Shown one piece after another: positions 28,996-43,409 of a stretch of 64,000 bases of DNA; the stretch's first letter is position 1, and every line of letters starts with the position of its first letter. The DNA comes from Eledone cirrhosa (lineage: Eukaryota). Below the pieces are notes generated by a model that was not told where the DNA came from, did no database searches, and saw only the letters and a program-made list of their open reading frames with translations. The DNA lies in assembly GCA_964016885.1 (NCBI GenBank), contig OZ024743.1:102114001-102178000 (forward strand), in the 5' to 3' direction. The position numbers and the translations under genes were made by a program.

Positions 28996-30683
28996 ATATA
29001 ATAGATAGAATATTGTAATATAAAAACACAAACAAATTGACAGTAGTTATGTGTGACTCCCTATATGTATAAATTGTATTTTTATCTGTGCTCATTTGAC
29101 TATGGAAATTAGTAGTCAAATCTCTCCGAAAAACACCCATCTCTCTATCAAAAGATATTATGCAAGCGAAAGACATACCAAATGTAATATACTTGGGAAA
29201 GGAAGCAGAGTGTCCTCAGCGAAAGCAGATTCTATTTGAGATGACTTATGGCTAAACATCAGCAATAAAAATGACACCATATCCAATATCAACAACTCGA
29301 AAGCGTCTACATTTATCTAGTCTCTCGATCAAGTGAAAAATGCAGTGGAAGTCCTATGAAATTTCACCCTTAAATATTTTAAAAAGAAAGACAATAGTTC
29401 ATATAGATAATGGTCCTGGGTATATTGTTTAAAAATATGATAGATTTCAATGACTAGAATATTTTGAATAACATATAATGAATAAGAACGACACAATTCG
29501 CATATATAAGTGAGAACTAATGTCTGAATATGAATGTTAACATAATATTCAGCATCTACGAAATGAATCCATTCTCAGACACAAAATAAATACCTGTTGA
29601 TGAGTCGATAAATATAGGACACATTTTATTGAAAAAGTTTAATATGCTGCAATGCGAACAATAATATGAAGCAACTTCAACCATTAGTTTCGAAATTTCA
29701 AAGGAAAATAATTATCGAATAGAATATTGAGTCAATATCTCTATGGAAATGTTAACTATGATAAATACAGTTTACATTGGATAATATAGTTATGAATAAA
29801 AAAGAGCAAATATGTTAAAGATAATTTGAGTTTATATAGATATATTGTCTGTTGCAACATTAATGTTTATCACAGGTCCGTAGCTCTTCGGTTCAAGATT
29901 ATGTTATATATAATGTTGCATGATTATTACACTATGGGGTACAGTAATTATTACTGGAAATTGTGGAGTTGTGAACTAGATGCAATTTCAACACGAATTC
30001 GCGCATACACACACATACACGGACGCCCCCCCCCCCACATACATGAAACTTGATGTACTTTTCAGATTTCTTATTGAAGACCGCAACATTAATAATATAA
30101 AAGTAGCGATCAGTAGAATGGCTGCTTTGTTATCGCTATGCCATTGCAGTGGCAAATGGCATTTACATCGGCTTGCTGCTGTACCACAAGGAAAACGGAT
30201 CACTGCAAACTTTGCGTAAAGTATGTGGAGCAAAATATCTAACATGGTATATAAGTTTTATTTTAAAGTAATCCTTGTATCTTGCTTGGAAGTGTGTTGT
30301 GATGTTTCTCCTACAGTCATTGAATGCATATTCCGCACAGATGTAGCAAGCTTGAAACGTCTTGAAGCCATGCAAATTGAAGCAAATTGAAGTGGAAAAA
30401 TAAAAGAAAACAGCATGCTACATTATATGTTTGTAAATTTGGTATACATGTGGTATCTTGTAGCTCAAAATCTAGATGTGAGCGGCTCAAAGTAATTTCA
30501 TATTCACAAAGAGCACACTAAAATTAGCTAGTCACCCAAATTATTTCTTTCTAAAGAAACCTTTTTTTTATAGTGGCATGCAGTTATCAGGTGACAAATT
30601 TACTCATCGGTTGGTTAAAGGAATAAATGCATACATATGTGTTTGCTTTGCTGGTCTGTATATATATGTGTGAATATATATAT

Positions 30684-31245
30684 ATCATCATCATCATCGT
30701 CATCATCATTTTACATCCGCTTTTCCTTGCTTGCAAAGGTGGGACTGGTCCTATTCAGTACAACATCTCTCCACTTGTCACAGTCCTTCGTCATATCTGT
30801 GAGCTTCAGCGATCTGAGGTATGCTCTTACCACCTCCGCCCATGTTTTTCGTGGTCTTCCTCTACTGCGTCTTCCTTCTAGTGGGACTTCTTGGCACTTC
30901 TCTACCCAGCGGTCATCCTCCATGCGCATCACATGTCTATACCATCGCTGTTTTCTCTCCCACACACTACAATTTACCCCTCTTATACACAGTTTCTCTC
31001 TCAACTCATCTATGCTTGGTCGTTCACGCACATTGACATTGCACATCCAACGGAGCATGCTTGCTTCATTTCTCTCCAGCCGTCGCATATCCTCCGAAGT
31101 TGCTGCCCATGTCTCACTACCATGCAGCTTCGCGCATCTCACACAGGCATCATATAACCGGCCTTTCGTACGCAGGGAGAACCCTTTTTTGTCAACAGAG
31201 GAAGCAGCTCCCTAAACTTCTTCCAACCCACCCTTATTCTAGATA
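30684..31245 (-). mobile_element. RTE-clade LINE 3' fragment
   Basis: LHGSETWA...LERNEASMLRWMC...RWYRHVMRM...GRRSRGRPRKTW, followed by an (ATG)n tail. Confidence 0.92.
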
Positions 31246-31276
31246 CTATGAGAGAGAGAGAGAGGTAGAGAAAGAA

Positions 31277-31330
<54 letters not shown>

Positions 31331-31529
31331 GTAATAATTATTTCGAGTAGACATTTGCATATCAGCCACAACTAATTTTCTTATAAAAAAAAAAGAAAAA
31401 CATAGTGAAAAACATAGTGAAAAAAATGAAGTCGTCTTGTGCTTAACAAAGTTTGATATTTGGCATTGTAAATAATCCAAACTGAGAGGAAAATCAAAGA
31501 ATTTTCTTTTATGTAAATTAAATTTGTTA

Positions 31530-32930
31530 AACAAATAGGATGCTCAAAAGCATGACTACGCACTCTATCGAATAACGTTACTCCAAAGACCTTTCGGAGG
31601 AATCCAGTTTCGACCGCTTGTATTCCAGATCGTATTCTTTGGGTCATTACAAAAGATTCATGACCATAAGTAAGGGTTGGCATGAATACTGAATTGAAGT
31701 AAGCGAGTTTGGCTTTTTTAATTACCTCACTTTTGATTACCAAAAGCTGAAGCTGCACCAGCTCCTGCAATTCTTGCAGTTAATTCGGCCTCCTGCCTTG
31801 ATGATTGAACTTCTCCACCTGTTTGAGTGGAACTCCATTCACATGTAGTCTGCACTGCGTAGATTTCCATGAGCGGACAAGAGTTTCAGTTTTCTCAGCA
31901 CTGCTGTCCATTCCAGCCATCCAACACTCCAGACATCAAACCTATCAAGTCGGAGACCACCTGTCCAGTTAAATAATACCATGTCGTCTGCAAATTCCAC
32001 TGATTCTACACCTTCTATTTGTGACACCACTTCCAACCCGGCTGCGCATGTCAATCCTGTTCATGAAAATAATGATCAGGAGAGGTGAGAGTAAGCACCC
32101 TTGGCGGAGATCGATTCCCACATCGAATGGTTTCGATTTAGCACTATTTATCCAAACACAAATATTCGGGAATTCATATAGAGACATCAGTGCAACAAGA
32201 AGCTAACCAACGATGCCGTACATCTGCACAACCTTCCGCACCAGGTCCCGTGGAACGCGGTCATGGGCTTTTTCAAGATCTGCAAAGTAAGAATACATCT
32301 CTTGGTAGTACTCACGCGATTCTAAATAATTTGCTGCAGTGTGAATATTTAGTCGGCTGTGCTGCGTCAGGGGCGAAAACCACACTGTTCATCAGTTAGC
32401 TTGGACTCGATAAGCTCCTTACATCGCTTTGTCAGACACTCAGCGTAGACTGTACCGGACAGGCTTAACAAGGAGATCCCTATATATTTGGTGCAATGTT
32501 TTGAACCCATTATCAAATTTGGGATTATCACTCCCGATTGCCATTTCTTAGGTACATTTCCACAGATCCAGGCCACCCGGCATACACGTGTCAGCCAGAA
32601 AATACCTTCTCTATTTAAGGCTTTTAACATCTCGGGCCGAAGTTCATACTCCACAGAGGCCATGTCATATTTGAGGTCTTTAATTGATTTTGTGACTTCA
32701 GCCGAGAAATCAACCATCGCTTCCAGATGCACATCGTGTACATCAGAAGATGCTGATGTGATCGGGTTAAGGGTAACAGCAAAGTATTCTCTCCTCCTCG
32801 CGAGGATGAACCTCTCCGAAGAGAGGAGACCCTCAGACGCATTCTTGATAGCAGATGTGGAGGATGGGCTATCAGAAAACTTTATTTGCTGATCTAAAGT
32901 CGGATTCCAGGTTAAACCCAGATTCCTCAT
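31530..32930 (-). mobile_element. RTE-clade LINE RT fragment, second family
   Basis: YIGISLLSLSGTVY, EQCGFRP, FADLEKAHDRVPR, LRQGCLLSPLL, FADD and PTLTYGHES motifs, frameshifted. Confidence 0.92.
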
Positions 32931-32939
32931 ATGTCTTAA

Positions 32940-33553
32940 CTTTCCTGCGATCTACATACGACTGGAGAGGCCTTTTTACACTTCTGTTCTAGCAATGGAA
33001 ACTCTATTATGAACCCCTTCCAGAACAGAGACATCCATAAATATACATGTTATAAGAGGAATCAAGTACAGAGATCAATGATTAATTTTGTTATTGTCTT
33101 TGATCACGTTGGTTCTGTGCTGGATGTTCGTATTAAAAGAGGTGATGAGCTGCCCACTGACCACCATTTGGATATTTGCAACTTGAGACTACTTAATGCC
33201 AAGTAAGCCCACAAAACTGGCAGGTCCAGGTCAGCCTACAGGATAATGTGGGAAGCATTGGTGGATAAGGAAATCAGCACTAGGTGTCCAGATACGATTG
33301 CATCCAATTTCAGAGATCTCCATGAGCAAACTAAGGACGTTCAGACCGTGTGGAGATAGTTCAACTAAGTCGTTTTGTGCTTCAGCTGTTAAATGCTGCG
33401 GGCGAAAGAGGCTTGGTGGGGCGTTGGATAGCAGGAGGAGCCTTGGTTCAATTAAGAGGTCAAAGATGTCATCCACGCAAAGAAGGAGGCCTACAAGGCT
33501 TGGCTCGGAAATAAGTGCTCCATCTTGCTTTTATGGTACAAGCAGGCACGTGA
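32940..33553 (+). mobile_element. Inverted upstream segment (endonuclease C-terminus and linker) of the adjacent RTE
   Basis: HKYTCY...RSMINFVIV...VLDVRIKRGDELPTDHHL, the APE C-terminal motif, followed by a KKEAYKAWL linker. Confidence 0.85.
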
Positions 33554-35347
33554 CTTGAAATAAGTAACAATTATAATGTGCTGTTCAATCTGATTATTAA
33601 AGAATCTAAATTTTCAATACTAAATATCTTCCTATCCTTCTTTTGCCAGTTTAAAATATCTACGTGTATATTTTGACATGATTTGATGAAATATAATATA
33701 ATAAACCAAATCATTTTATTTATCAATATGCAAATAGATGCACCCGCTGTTGACAAAGATGTTTTCGTTAAACACTTAGATGGAGGGGTACAATCTTATG
33801 AATCAAACTTCGTCCATGACTGGTACCTATATGTACGAGTTACCCGTATATAAATGACATTACTCTGTGTAATAGTATTTGAGCCCTGAACTTAATGTGA
33901 TATGGCAAATCCCTGCTACCACTTTGCAAACTTTCACTCATTCATACATAGAAAAATACAAGAACTGATATATATCTTCTGCCAAATCTGTAAATATAAA
34001 TTTAGTGAGATATGAATTATGAAGCGCTATAATGGAATGTCTTCCATTTTGTGGAGAAATCTTGTGTAGCACTTTTTTCTATATCTATGGTGGATAATTT
34101 ATTTCCTTTTCTATCGATGAAATTATAGAAAGTAGGGTTATTTCACATTAAAACTATCCGAGATGAAAGAACAAGTTTGAATATATTTTTTTTTAAATGA
34201 TGCTTCTCTGTACATGCCGTACCAGTGTCTCACTTTTTAGGAATTGGAGAATATACCCAAACTTCAGACGATACAGATGTTTGCTTATTATATATGCGTG
34301 TATATGTGTGCATGCAATATTTCTATATTGCATGCACACACATACACACGTGTATGTTTGTTTATATGAGTCTCTCTTTTCAAATAGACGCCATCAATGC
34401 ATTACCTAAAAAAATTGCTTTTCTTTTCAAAGACATAATATATCTCTTCAGACATGCAAATGTAGTAATGTTTATTTACTACATCTTAACATATGGAAGG
34501 TATGAAAATAAACTTCAAAATCAATAGTAAAAAACTACACCTTCCTCATATTTTTTTTCATGCAAATGCAAAATATATTATCTGTTCATAATAAATGTAC
34601 TTTCCAAAAACCTGTTGAAATGAATAAAAATTCGATAACGTTGGTAACTACTAGCTTCGTAATGTGGAATTCCTTTTAATATCATAATCTATAATATATT
34701 TATAAAGTAGAATAAACGATACTACGTTACTTCCAACTCTTTTGATATGGAGGTTTCCTTCAAGGGAAAGGAAAATGGTTCGTCAGTTTATATATGTTGT
34801 TGCTGATAATGATTAAAAGGATTCCAGCTGTGACCATTCAGTACGTTCAGAATTCTATTTTGCAATGTCGGTAGAGATGATTTGCCTGTTATTTCTAGCA
34901 AGTTGGGTGAACACTCAGGCTTCTTCATGGTATTAACTGAATTCAAGTGGTGGATTCTGCCTGCTTGGCTTCTTATCTTAAATACGCTTTGAGATTTAGT
35001 GTTGACTAGACAGATATTAATACAGTAGTTGACTACACACTAGATATAGTCCTACGTTAACTACAAGCTAACTTTAGTCCTATAAGTAACTACAAGCTAA
35101 GATTAGACCTGTCACAGAAATTTGTGTTCAATGTTTTGGATAACGAAGATTAACACTCCAAGAATTCGTATTTTGAGTTACATAAAAAGAAAAGTATAAA
35201 TTTGAATAGTTATTGGATAGCCAACATATATATCATGCATGTATTAAAAGTAATTCGATTAAGAAAGAAAAACTATATATCTATAATCAATTCAGCGAAA
35301 GAAGCATTCAGACCTATTTACTCCTTAGAAACGACTTCTGAACACAC

Positions 35348-35670
35348 CATGGCCGAATAGTTAAGAGGTTTCCTTCCCAATCATTCGACCAGAGGTTCGA
35401 TCATACTGCGTGCGCAAGAATCATTGACCTTGGATTGACACATATCTTGAGAGTGAATTAGAATTAATGTAAACTAGAATCCTGTCGGATGAACTGAATG
35501 TTGAATAAAAAGAAGGTAAGCCTTGTCAAACATTGTGTAAAGCTGATTATCCCTGAGAATTACGTAAAGTTGCACTCTTGTCTGTGAAACTCTCAACCAA
35601 TTATGCATACATTTAATGAGAAGTTTGGAACAGGCTGGAAAGCTCATCATCGAAACCGACGCAGGTCCTT
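35348..35670 (+). mobile_element. Degenerate tRNA-derived SINE, second family
   Basis: A-box-like TGGCCGAATAGTTAAG and B-box-like GGTTCGATC; tail similar to 2800-2960. Confidence 0.55.
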
Positions 35671-36226
35671 CGATTGAACACCTCCTCCCCCCAAAATAAC
35701 TAGTACTGCACAGTAAAATATATCCTTAAATTCACGAATAGCTGGCGGGTGTTTCTTTACTTTTATCTCAGAACTCACTCCAGTTTAACAGGTTTTATAT
35801 CTATATATGTAAAAATAATGTAAAAACAAATTAAAAATCTCCGGCAGTTTCAGTGATGAGAGTTCCAGTTGTTCGGGCAAAGGGAAGAGCTTGCTCATGA
35901 AATCAATGTACAAGTAGTTGACTATTCCTGGAAAGGATTGGGCTCCACCAGGTTTTACAATTCTCTAGAAACACCGTATATCAATACGGCGCCCTTACAG
36001 CCCCTCAGGATTTATGGGGACCATGCATGCAGTTGACTATCCCAAAGGCATGTGTGCTATTAACATAATTCTCGGTGTGTATGTGTGGCAAGGCTGTAAT
36101 TGGATTAAAGATACGGAGCATTTGACGAGCTTCTGGACAGGTTTTGTCTATCCAATTTCACTTAAACGTTTTTGGATGACCGGAAACTACTAATATTCCT
36201 GTAAATTGTAAAAAATGAGGAGCAGT

Positions 36227-36795
36227 ACGTCCATTTTAGAATACTACTATGAGTGAAAGGGTATATGGGCCCATCAAATACATATTTCCTCTGGTTGTTT
36301 AGTTGATATACACACTTTGTGATGAAAACCCAATTAGATCCGAAAATCGATTAAAGGTGTTTATCATTTTTTCAGTTAACAGGGAAATTCTTATTTCTGT
36401 CATTTTTGCATGTCTACATATTAAAAACGTATATATTTATATACACATTGGTGCAGTCATGGTTACCCCCTCTGTAGATATACAGATAACTTTATCGTAT
36501 ACTTCAGCTGCTTGGCGCAATTATTAATATATATCATTAACTAACAACAGGGGCGCTAATTATATGCAAATTAGAACGTCCATTTCATAATACTACTATG
36601 AGTGAATGGATTTATAAACCCGTCAAATATGTGTTTCCTTGTCCTTGTTTCGGTGATGAATATTCAGCTAGGTCCGAAAATCGATTAAAGGTGTTTTTAT
36701 CATTTCCTCCCTTACAAGGACATTCGTATTTCTGACTGGTTTACATACCTGTATAATAAATATTTGTAAATTTATATACACATTGTTGCAGTCAC
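36227..36795. repeat. Diverged direct duplication with ~350-bp period
   Basis: acgtccattt..aatactactatgagtgaa, ccgaaaatcgattaaaggtgttt and tatacacattg.tgcagtca each occur twice. Confidence 0.85.
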
Positions 36796-36844
36796 TATAT
36801 ATTCATATATAAGTTTATATCTATCTATCTATCAAAAACAAAAG

Positions 36845-37305
36845 AGAGGCGGTTTTCCTCTGTACAGTGGCTATGGTGCAAGAAGTTATATGGTGGACCA
36901 GGTTGAGAGGACTGAGGACAGATGCCTTTCTCTCCGGACAACAATTGATTCCCTTCTTTAAGTATCAATTTAGAAGGAGAATCAGGGTTGAGAGAGAGGC
37001 ACTGCACCCCAGTAAATTTACTGAAAGTTGGGTGAATGAAGCGAAAATGGCCGTGTTTATAAGCCTGTAGGTTGAAGAAGAGAGTAAAAGGAAGAAAGGA
37101 GCACTTGCACAACATGCTCCTGGAGTTGAGGGTTGTTCTATCGACGGGGTATTAAACAACCCATTTGTGGCGCCTCCCCCCTATTGGGGATATCGATTGT
37201 TGTAATTGTTTGTTTTTATATTTTTTACACGACTGTATGTAAAATCCCCGGCATTTCTTTGTATAGTCCCCTTTTCTTGTGCGCCCTTGTGGCTAATAAA
37301 GAAAT
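36845..37305 (+). mobile_element. L1/Tx1-clade LINE 3' end
   Basis: MAMVQEVIWWTRLRGLRTDAFLSGQQLIPFFKYQFRRRIRVERE matches 52780-52997. It ends gcccttgtggctaataaagaaat. Confidence 0.88.
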
Positions 37306-37377
37306 ATATCTATCCATTTATCTATCTAAGCGTATATATATATACGTGTGTGTGTGTATGTACACACACACACACAC

Positions 37378-37464
<87 letters not shown>

Positions 37465-37640
37465 GATATATTTATATTGAAAATGTCTTTTCAAATATAA
37501 ACCCGAATACCTGCTGAGATGTTGAGTGGGGACCCGGTCATTATGTTTGTACTCTGAGCTGGCCGATATTGAAACAATTGTAATATGGTAATAATTTACG
37601 CTTTGCACGCTACAGCCGCCTTAACCGTGGAATATAACCC

Positions 37641-37796
<156 letters not shown>

Positions 37797-37811
37797 TATA
37801 TATATATATAT

Positions 37812-37855
<44 letters not shown>

Positions 37856-38527
37856 GCAGCATACATAGAACAGGTAAACAGCTAATATAGAAATTTACAC
37901 GCTAAAAGTTATAGATCAAAATATTCCAGTACAAAATATCGAAAAACATGGCTTGATAATTATTTCGGTGTAACATCTCAATTTCAACATTTTTCCTTTC
38001 TCAATATTTACAGAGAAGATTCAGCTTTTTCATTTTTCTTCTTGTTTTGTGTTGTTTTTTCAAAGGTCAAATATCCAAATATTCGTTAGAATGGAAGCAT
38101 AAGGAAACTACATTGTCTCTATTCCAACAATCAGCGGATATCGATAAGCAAGAGTGCCAGACGCTAGCGAAAGCGAATGTATTGTTTTACGTTGGCAACG
38201 CCAAGATCTCTAGCTTGCTGGCATGGAGTTGCATATTTGTCTGCTCCGTTAGACTTTTTACTATCCTATTCAATTACTTTTACAGAGCAAATGGAAAAGG
38301 TGGTTATGAAACCAAACTTGAGAAAGGAATTATCTGAACTATACCTACCATAGTTACTATTATATAAAACAATATCATATCAAATATACATTTCCTTCTG
38401 TTTTGCACCTTATCGTATCAATTAAATTTAAAGTTTTATTAGGCTATTTGCATTTTACCACACGGAAAAGTGGTCAATTTAGAGAATTTTAAAGCTTGTT
38501 AAAGTTCCCTTTCTTTCATTATCATCT

Positions 38528-38576
<49 letters not shown>

Positions 38577-38622
38577 ATATGTATGCATAGATATATAGAT
38601 ATATATGTACGTATATATGTAC

Positions 38623-38671
<49 letters not shown>

Positions 38672-38674
<3 letters not shown>

Positions 38675-39006
38675 ATATTAAATAAATGGAAACTATATTT
38701 ATGAAACCATATTTATTAAATTATATATATTTCAATGGTAACCAAGACAACATTGGTACGCTTTAATCAGATAAAATACAAAGTTTGTTTTATAAATAGA
38801 GACATACCCATGAAAATCATACTTTATCGGTTGGAAATTCACTGGATGAAAGCGTACCAAAGTTGTCTTGGTTACCCTGGAAATATATATAATAAAATAA
38901 ATAATGGTTTTATAAATATAGTTTCCATTTATTTAATATCAGTGAATATTTACTCCAGTATACTGTTGAGTGCTCTAAATCAGTTATAAACATTTATGTT
39001 TGTCGG
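38672..39006. mobile_element. PLE family C fold-back with decayed hammerheads in both arms
   Basis: 38672-38770 is inverted at ~38835-38941; same family as 63100-63505 and 23640-23880. Confidence 0.82.
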
Positions 39007-39034
39007 ACTTCCAACAAATTAGATACCACTTCCA

Positions 39035-39085
<51 letters not shown>

Positions 39086-39485
39086 GAAAGGTATAGAAAA
39101 TATTGTAGCAAAAAGCCAACAGTATTCCATAATATATAAGTGACTATACCGTCAAAATGGGAAATAGGAAAAATAGTTAACGTAAGATGTGGGAAAAATA
39201 ATTCAAACTCAACTCAAAAAGAATCAGGATATAGATTCATCCAATAGAATTTAGTGAAATCCAGGCAAAAATCAATAGAGCCTTAACTCATGATAAAATA
39301 AAGTTTAAAATACTCATCCTTCAATTTGGGACAACTACAAATGCTCTATATTGTTTTGAAGACTATTTCACGAAAACTTTCAGTGGAGATGGTCACGGCT
39401 GGAATTTGATCCTCAGCAGAGCTCAACTTGATAGCCAAATTTCTCACTGATTAATATGCCAAAAAAAAGGGATATGTATATATAT

Positions 39486-39843
39486 AGGGAAGGTTCATAT
39501 TGTTAATAATAATGCCAGAAATATATAATAAAACACACTCACTGTTTGGTGTGGGTTGGCTTTCGCTTCCGTTTATTTTATATCCCTACAGTTATTGTAG
39601 CTGGCAATCGATGTTTATCATTGGTTGACCAACAGTTAAAAATATAGATATAAATATATATATAGTCTCTCAAATTCTTTTATCACTCACCTGTTACATC
39701 TTCAGTGATATTATGATATTATGATTGCCAGCTAAATTAACTATAGGGATATGAAATATACGGAAGCGAAAACCAACTCAAACCAAAGAGTGAGTGTGTT
39801 TTATTATATATTTCCTGCAATATTATAATAATATTACCTTCCC
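39486..39843. mobile_element. Fold-back element with ~120-bp arms; spacer has a hammerhead-like CUGAAGA on the minus strand
   Basis: 39486-39609 vs 39723-39843 (tataataaaacacactcact / agtgagtgtgttttattata). Confidence 0.75.
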
Positions 39844-40953
39844 CAAATATAACAATATTTGTTTCAACACGCAATTTCATACACACACACATACACACAC
39901 ACTCACACTCACGCACACATACATACACACACACACACACATACACACACACACACTTATATGTATGCATATATATATATATATACGCACATATATAAAA
40001 ATAGTGAGAGAGAGAGTAAACGAGAGAAAGGGAGAGTCAGAGAGCTAGAAAGAGAAAGAATAATTTATAAATGAAAAACATGTAATAGAGACCGAACTTA
40101 ACTTTGACCTCTCTTAGCTTTGGTAAGTTTTGGCAAGAGAAAAGGTGACAAAATTGAAATTGAAATAAAACAAATTGAAGAAGACAACATAAATATCCTT
40201 TTACTTTAGAATAAGAACCAGTTTACCATTCGATCGGTTTAGATTGTGATTGTATGAAAAATCGAAACTGAAAGAAAAATGTTTGACTACATTTGTCCTG
40301 TTATGAAGGTTCGGCTGCTATTCCTTGCAGCAAACCAAAATCACTCTGGCTAATCATTTAAATAAAATTAGCACAAAATTGTCTATAAACTATCAGTATA
40401 TATAGCTCGAAATTTTCCCTGGAGCAAAACCCAATACCGCTCATATAAAAGACTGTCTTTAGGTAGATATAAGATATTAACGAGGGAAATATTGTTACAA
40501 ACGCTGTAGACATCCTTGCCATAAACATTGTCCTAAATTGAATCTGACAACTAGCAAAAGTCTCCTTGCCTCATAGTAATCTTTCTTCAGAAAAGGACTA
40601 AAATATCTGCAACTCAATGTATCTGGTAAAATGTGATCGTTTTAATGTAATGGAAACCCGTCCTATTTTGCGCCAATGGTCGACGACGATAACAAAGACA
40701 AAAAAGACGTTGATGACTATATAATATCTTACGAGTAGAGATAGAAAAACATATTGGAAGATATTCTGTTTAAATCATCAAAGTTTCACCCCGTTCGGTG
40801 TAAAATATTACTCCATTAAAGTAGAAAGTATATTACACACACAATCATACATACTATCACGCACACACAGATATATAAAATACACAAAATCTGAAATATA
40901 AAACATATTTTCTAGATATAATTGTAATTGAGAAGCTAAAATCAACATAACAT

Positions 40954-41030
<77 letters not shown>

Positions 41031-41048
41031 TATATATATGGATATATA

Positions 41049-41114
<66 letters not shown>

Positions 41115-41869
41115 TAAACGGAATAGAAAATGGTAACACATTGTTCACAGTGAAAAATAGTTTAATTAGGAATAAGTGATAATTAGTAATAGTATTGGTT
41201 AGTATTAAGTTTTGGTTTTAAGTTTTACCGGTTGCGCATTTCTAATGCTTTTCAAAAGTAATTTTGAGATAGAGCGTCCGTGATGTTTGCTCTGATCTGA
41301 TTAGTTTTGGGAATTCTACCTGTTTTTATGTTAAAAAAATGGCTCCAGCGGTATTAAAATAAGTTTTGCGCCAATTCGTGTTGCAAAAATTCTTGTGGTC
41401 AAAAAAATTTTGAGTGGTCGGTAGAGGTCATGTGAATGTAAAAAATTGATTTTGCGCCAAATGTAGGTTTGTGTCGGCTGACTAAGAAAAGTCTTTCACA
41501 CCAAATATGTGTGTGTGTGTGTGTAGTAGTAGTAGTAAAGAGGTTCGTTATTCTGATAATGGTCAGCAGAGATGTGTGTGCGAACCGCAGCCTGTTGACA
41601 GTTCAAATGCCTACAAGTGTGTGTGTGTGTGTGTGTGTGTGCGTGTGTGTCTTTGTATGTTAATGTACGCGTGTGTATGTGTGTGTATATATGTGTGTGT
41701 GTGTGAGAGAGAATGTGTGTGTGTGTGGGGGGGGGGGTCAGTATTTATTTCTGTTAAAATGGTGTACATTATTCGATATTTTCAGTAAAATCGATTCTCT
41801 CAATAAAACATCAAACACCTTAATAATAAAAGGTGTGAAATGATATATAGTATTGGCATAAAACCAAGG

Positions 41870-42135
41870 TGTGTGTGAGAGCGTCCAGACTGCACGTACC
41901 GCAAGGGGGATCCACCAGGCCCTGCCGTATTGGAATACCTGTGCACAAATATGTATCTGGAGTGTGTCCAGAAATTGTATACCTGTGCACAAATTGTACA
42001 CATGTATCTTGAGTGTGTCCAGAAATTGTATACCTGTGCACAAATATGTATCTGGAGTGTGTCCAGATTGTACGTACTGCAAGGGGAATTCATTAGGCCC
42101 CGCCGTATTGGAACACCTGTGCACAAATATGTATG
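41870..42135. repeat. Minisatellite and nested direct repeat
   Basis: cctgtgcacaaat occurs four times, and gagtgtgtccaga three times. A ~70-bp block at 41885-41956 is repeated at 42063-42134. Confidence 0.9.
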
Positions 42136-42346
42136 TGCCCATCAGTGTGCAATGCATGTGTGCGTTTATGTATGTGTGTGTGTCGGCACGTTTATATCTA
42201 TAGACATCAAAAGGTATGCAAATTTGTGTATATTTGTGTTGCACCATAGAACATGTGTGTTTACGTATGTCATTGTGTTTATATGTGGGTAGAGATGTAT
42301 GCTGATGTAGGTATGTATGTTGACGTGTGTATGTTGTGGCTTCGTC

Positions 42347-42775
42347 TTAGGGAGAAGTGTTTAGACGGAGTCCGTATTTGTTAATAAAGTAAGATTCCTT
42401 GCTGATGCGCTGGGTGTGGGTGGCATTATCTTTAAATTTGTAGAGGGAAAAGATTCTGAAGTTGGGATGATTTTGGGCGGCACAGGTATCAATGTGTTCA
42501 CTCAGTGGTATTTTCCTGTATTCCCGTATTTTAATTTGGGATCTATGGACAGTCATGCGTTGGCGGAGGCTGTTTTTGGTCTGGCCTATGTATTGTTCTC
42601 GACAACTTGAGCAAGTTAATACATATATTAGATTTTCTGATGCGCATGTGAAATTGTGTTTTACTATAAAACGTTGTCCTTCTTTGAAATAGAATTCCGA
42701 ACCCTCTATTAGGTTGATGCAAATGCCACAGTTGGGTCTATCGCATCTTTTTACTGTGGGTTTCGTTGTTGTGGT
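42347..42775 (-). mobile_element. Penelope-like GIY-YIG endonuclease fragment, different subgroup
   Basis: CDRPNCGIC...FTCASENLIYVLTCSSCREQYIGQT...LRQRMTVHRSQI...HIDTCA...KESYFINKY..LN. Confidence 0.9.
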
Positions 42776-42778
42776 TGT

Positions 42779-42812
<34 letters not shown>

Positions 42813-42887
42813 TGTGTTTGTGTGTGTTTGTGTGTGTGTGTTGCACAAACATCTGAGTTAATATATTTTAAACATTAAACATATTCC

Positions 42888-42991
42888 ATTTCAATAATAA
42901 TAATAATTGTTTCTCATTTTGGCACAAGGTCAGCAATTACCCAGTGGATTACTGGTACTGGGTAATTGCTGGCATTTCAATAATAATAATA
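42888..42991 (-). mobile_element. Very short SINE tail with a 5' inversion, flanked by a target-site duplication
   Basis: cagcaattacccagt...actgggtaattgctg; catttcaataataataat occurs on both sides. Confidence 0.65.
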
Positions 42992-43409
42992 ATGATAACC
43001 ATAAATATTTGAATAAAGCAACATGTTTGATTCATATAAAGTGGCATAAAGAAAGAAATATAAAGAAACCAATCTAAGCTAACTAGTATAAGCAACGAAG
43101 GACATTAAACAAAATGCACTTATGTTAGTTTTTCTGTGGTTCTTATTTGTCTATTTGTGAACATCTTACTAATATTAACAGATTCCTATATATATTCTAA
43201 GGTTAGTCGGAATATGCACCAAAGGCCCTCTCTATATTTAACAGTAACAAATCAATAGTGAAGCCATAGAGGAAAAGTAAGCATAAATAATAGAATAGAG
43301 AAATAATTTAATGGTCTTCATTTAATTGCATGCTTCACTCAGTGACACCAACGATCGCATTGTTTAGTCTTTCTTATCTATAACAGTAGTGCTTTAACTT
43401 ATTTTAATA

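Noticed and set aside
38047-38337. 96-aa ORF after a polypyrimidine tract (AAG|GTC)
   Set aside because: No recognisable homology and weak splice signals; not supportable as an exon or recursive site.
41870-42135. CRISPR-like repeat-spacer appearance
   Set aside because: Eukaryotic context, the intervening segments are themselves repeated, and there are no cas genes.
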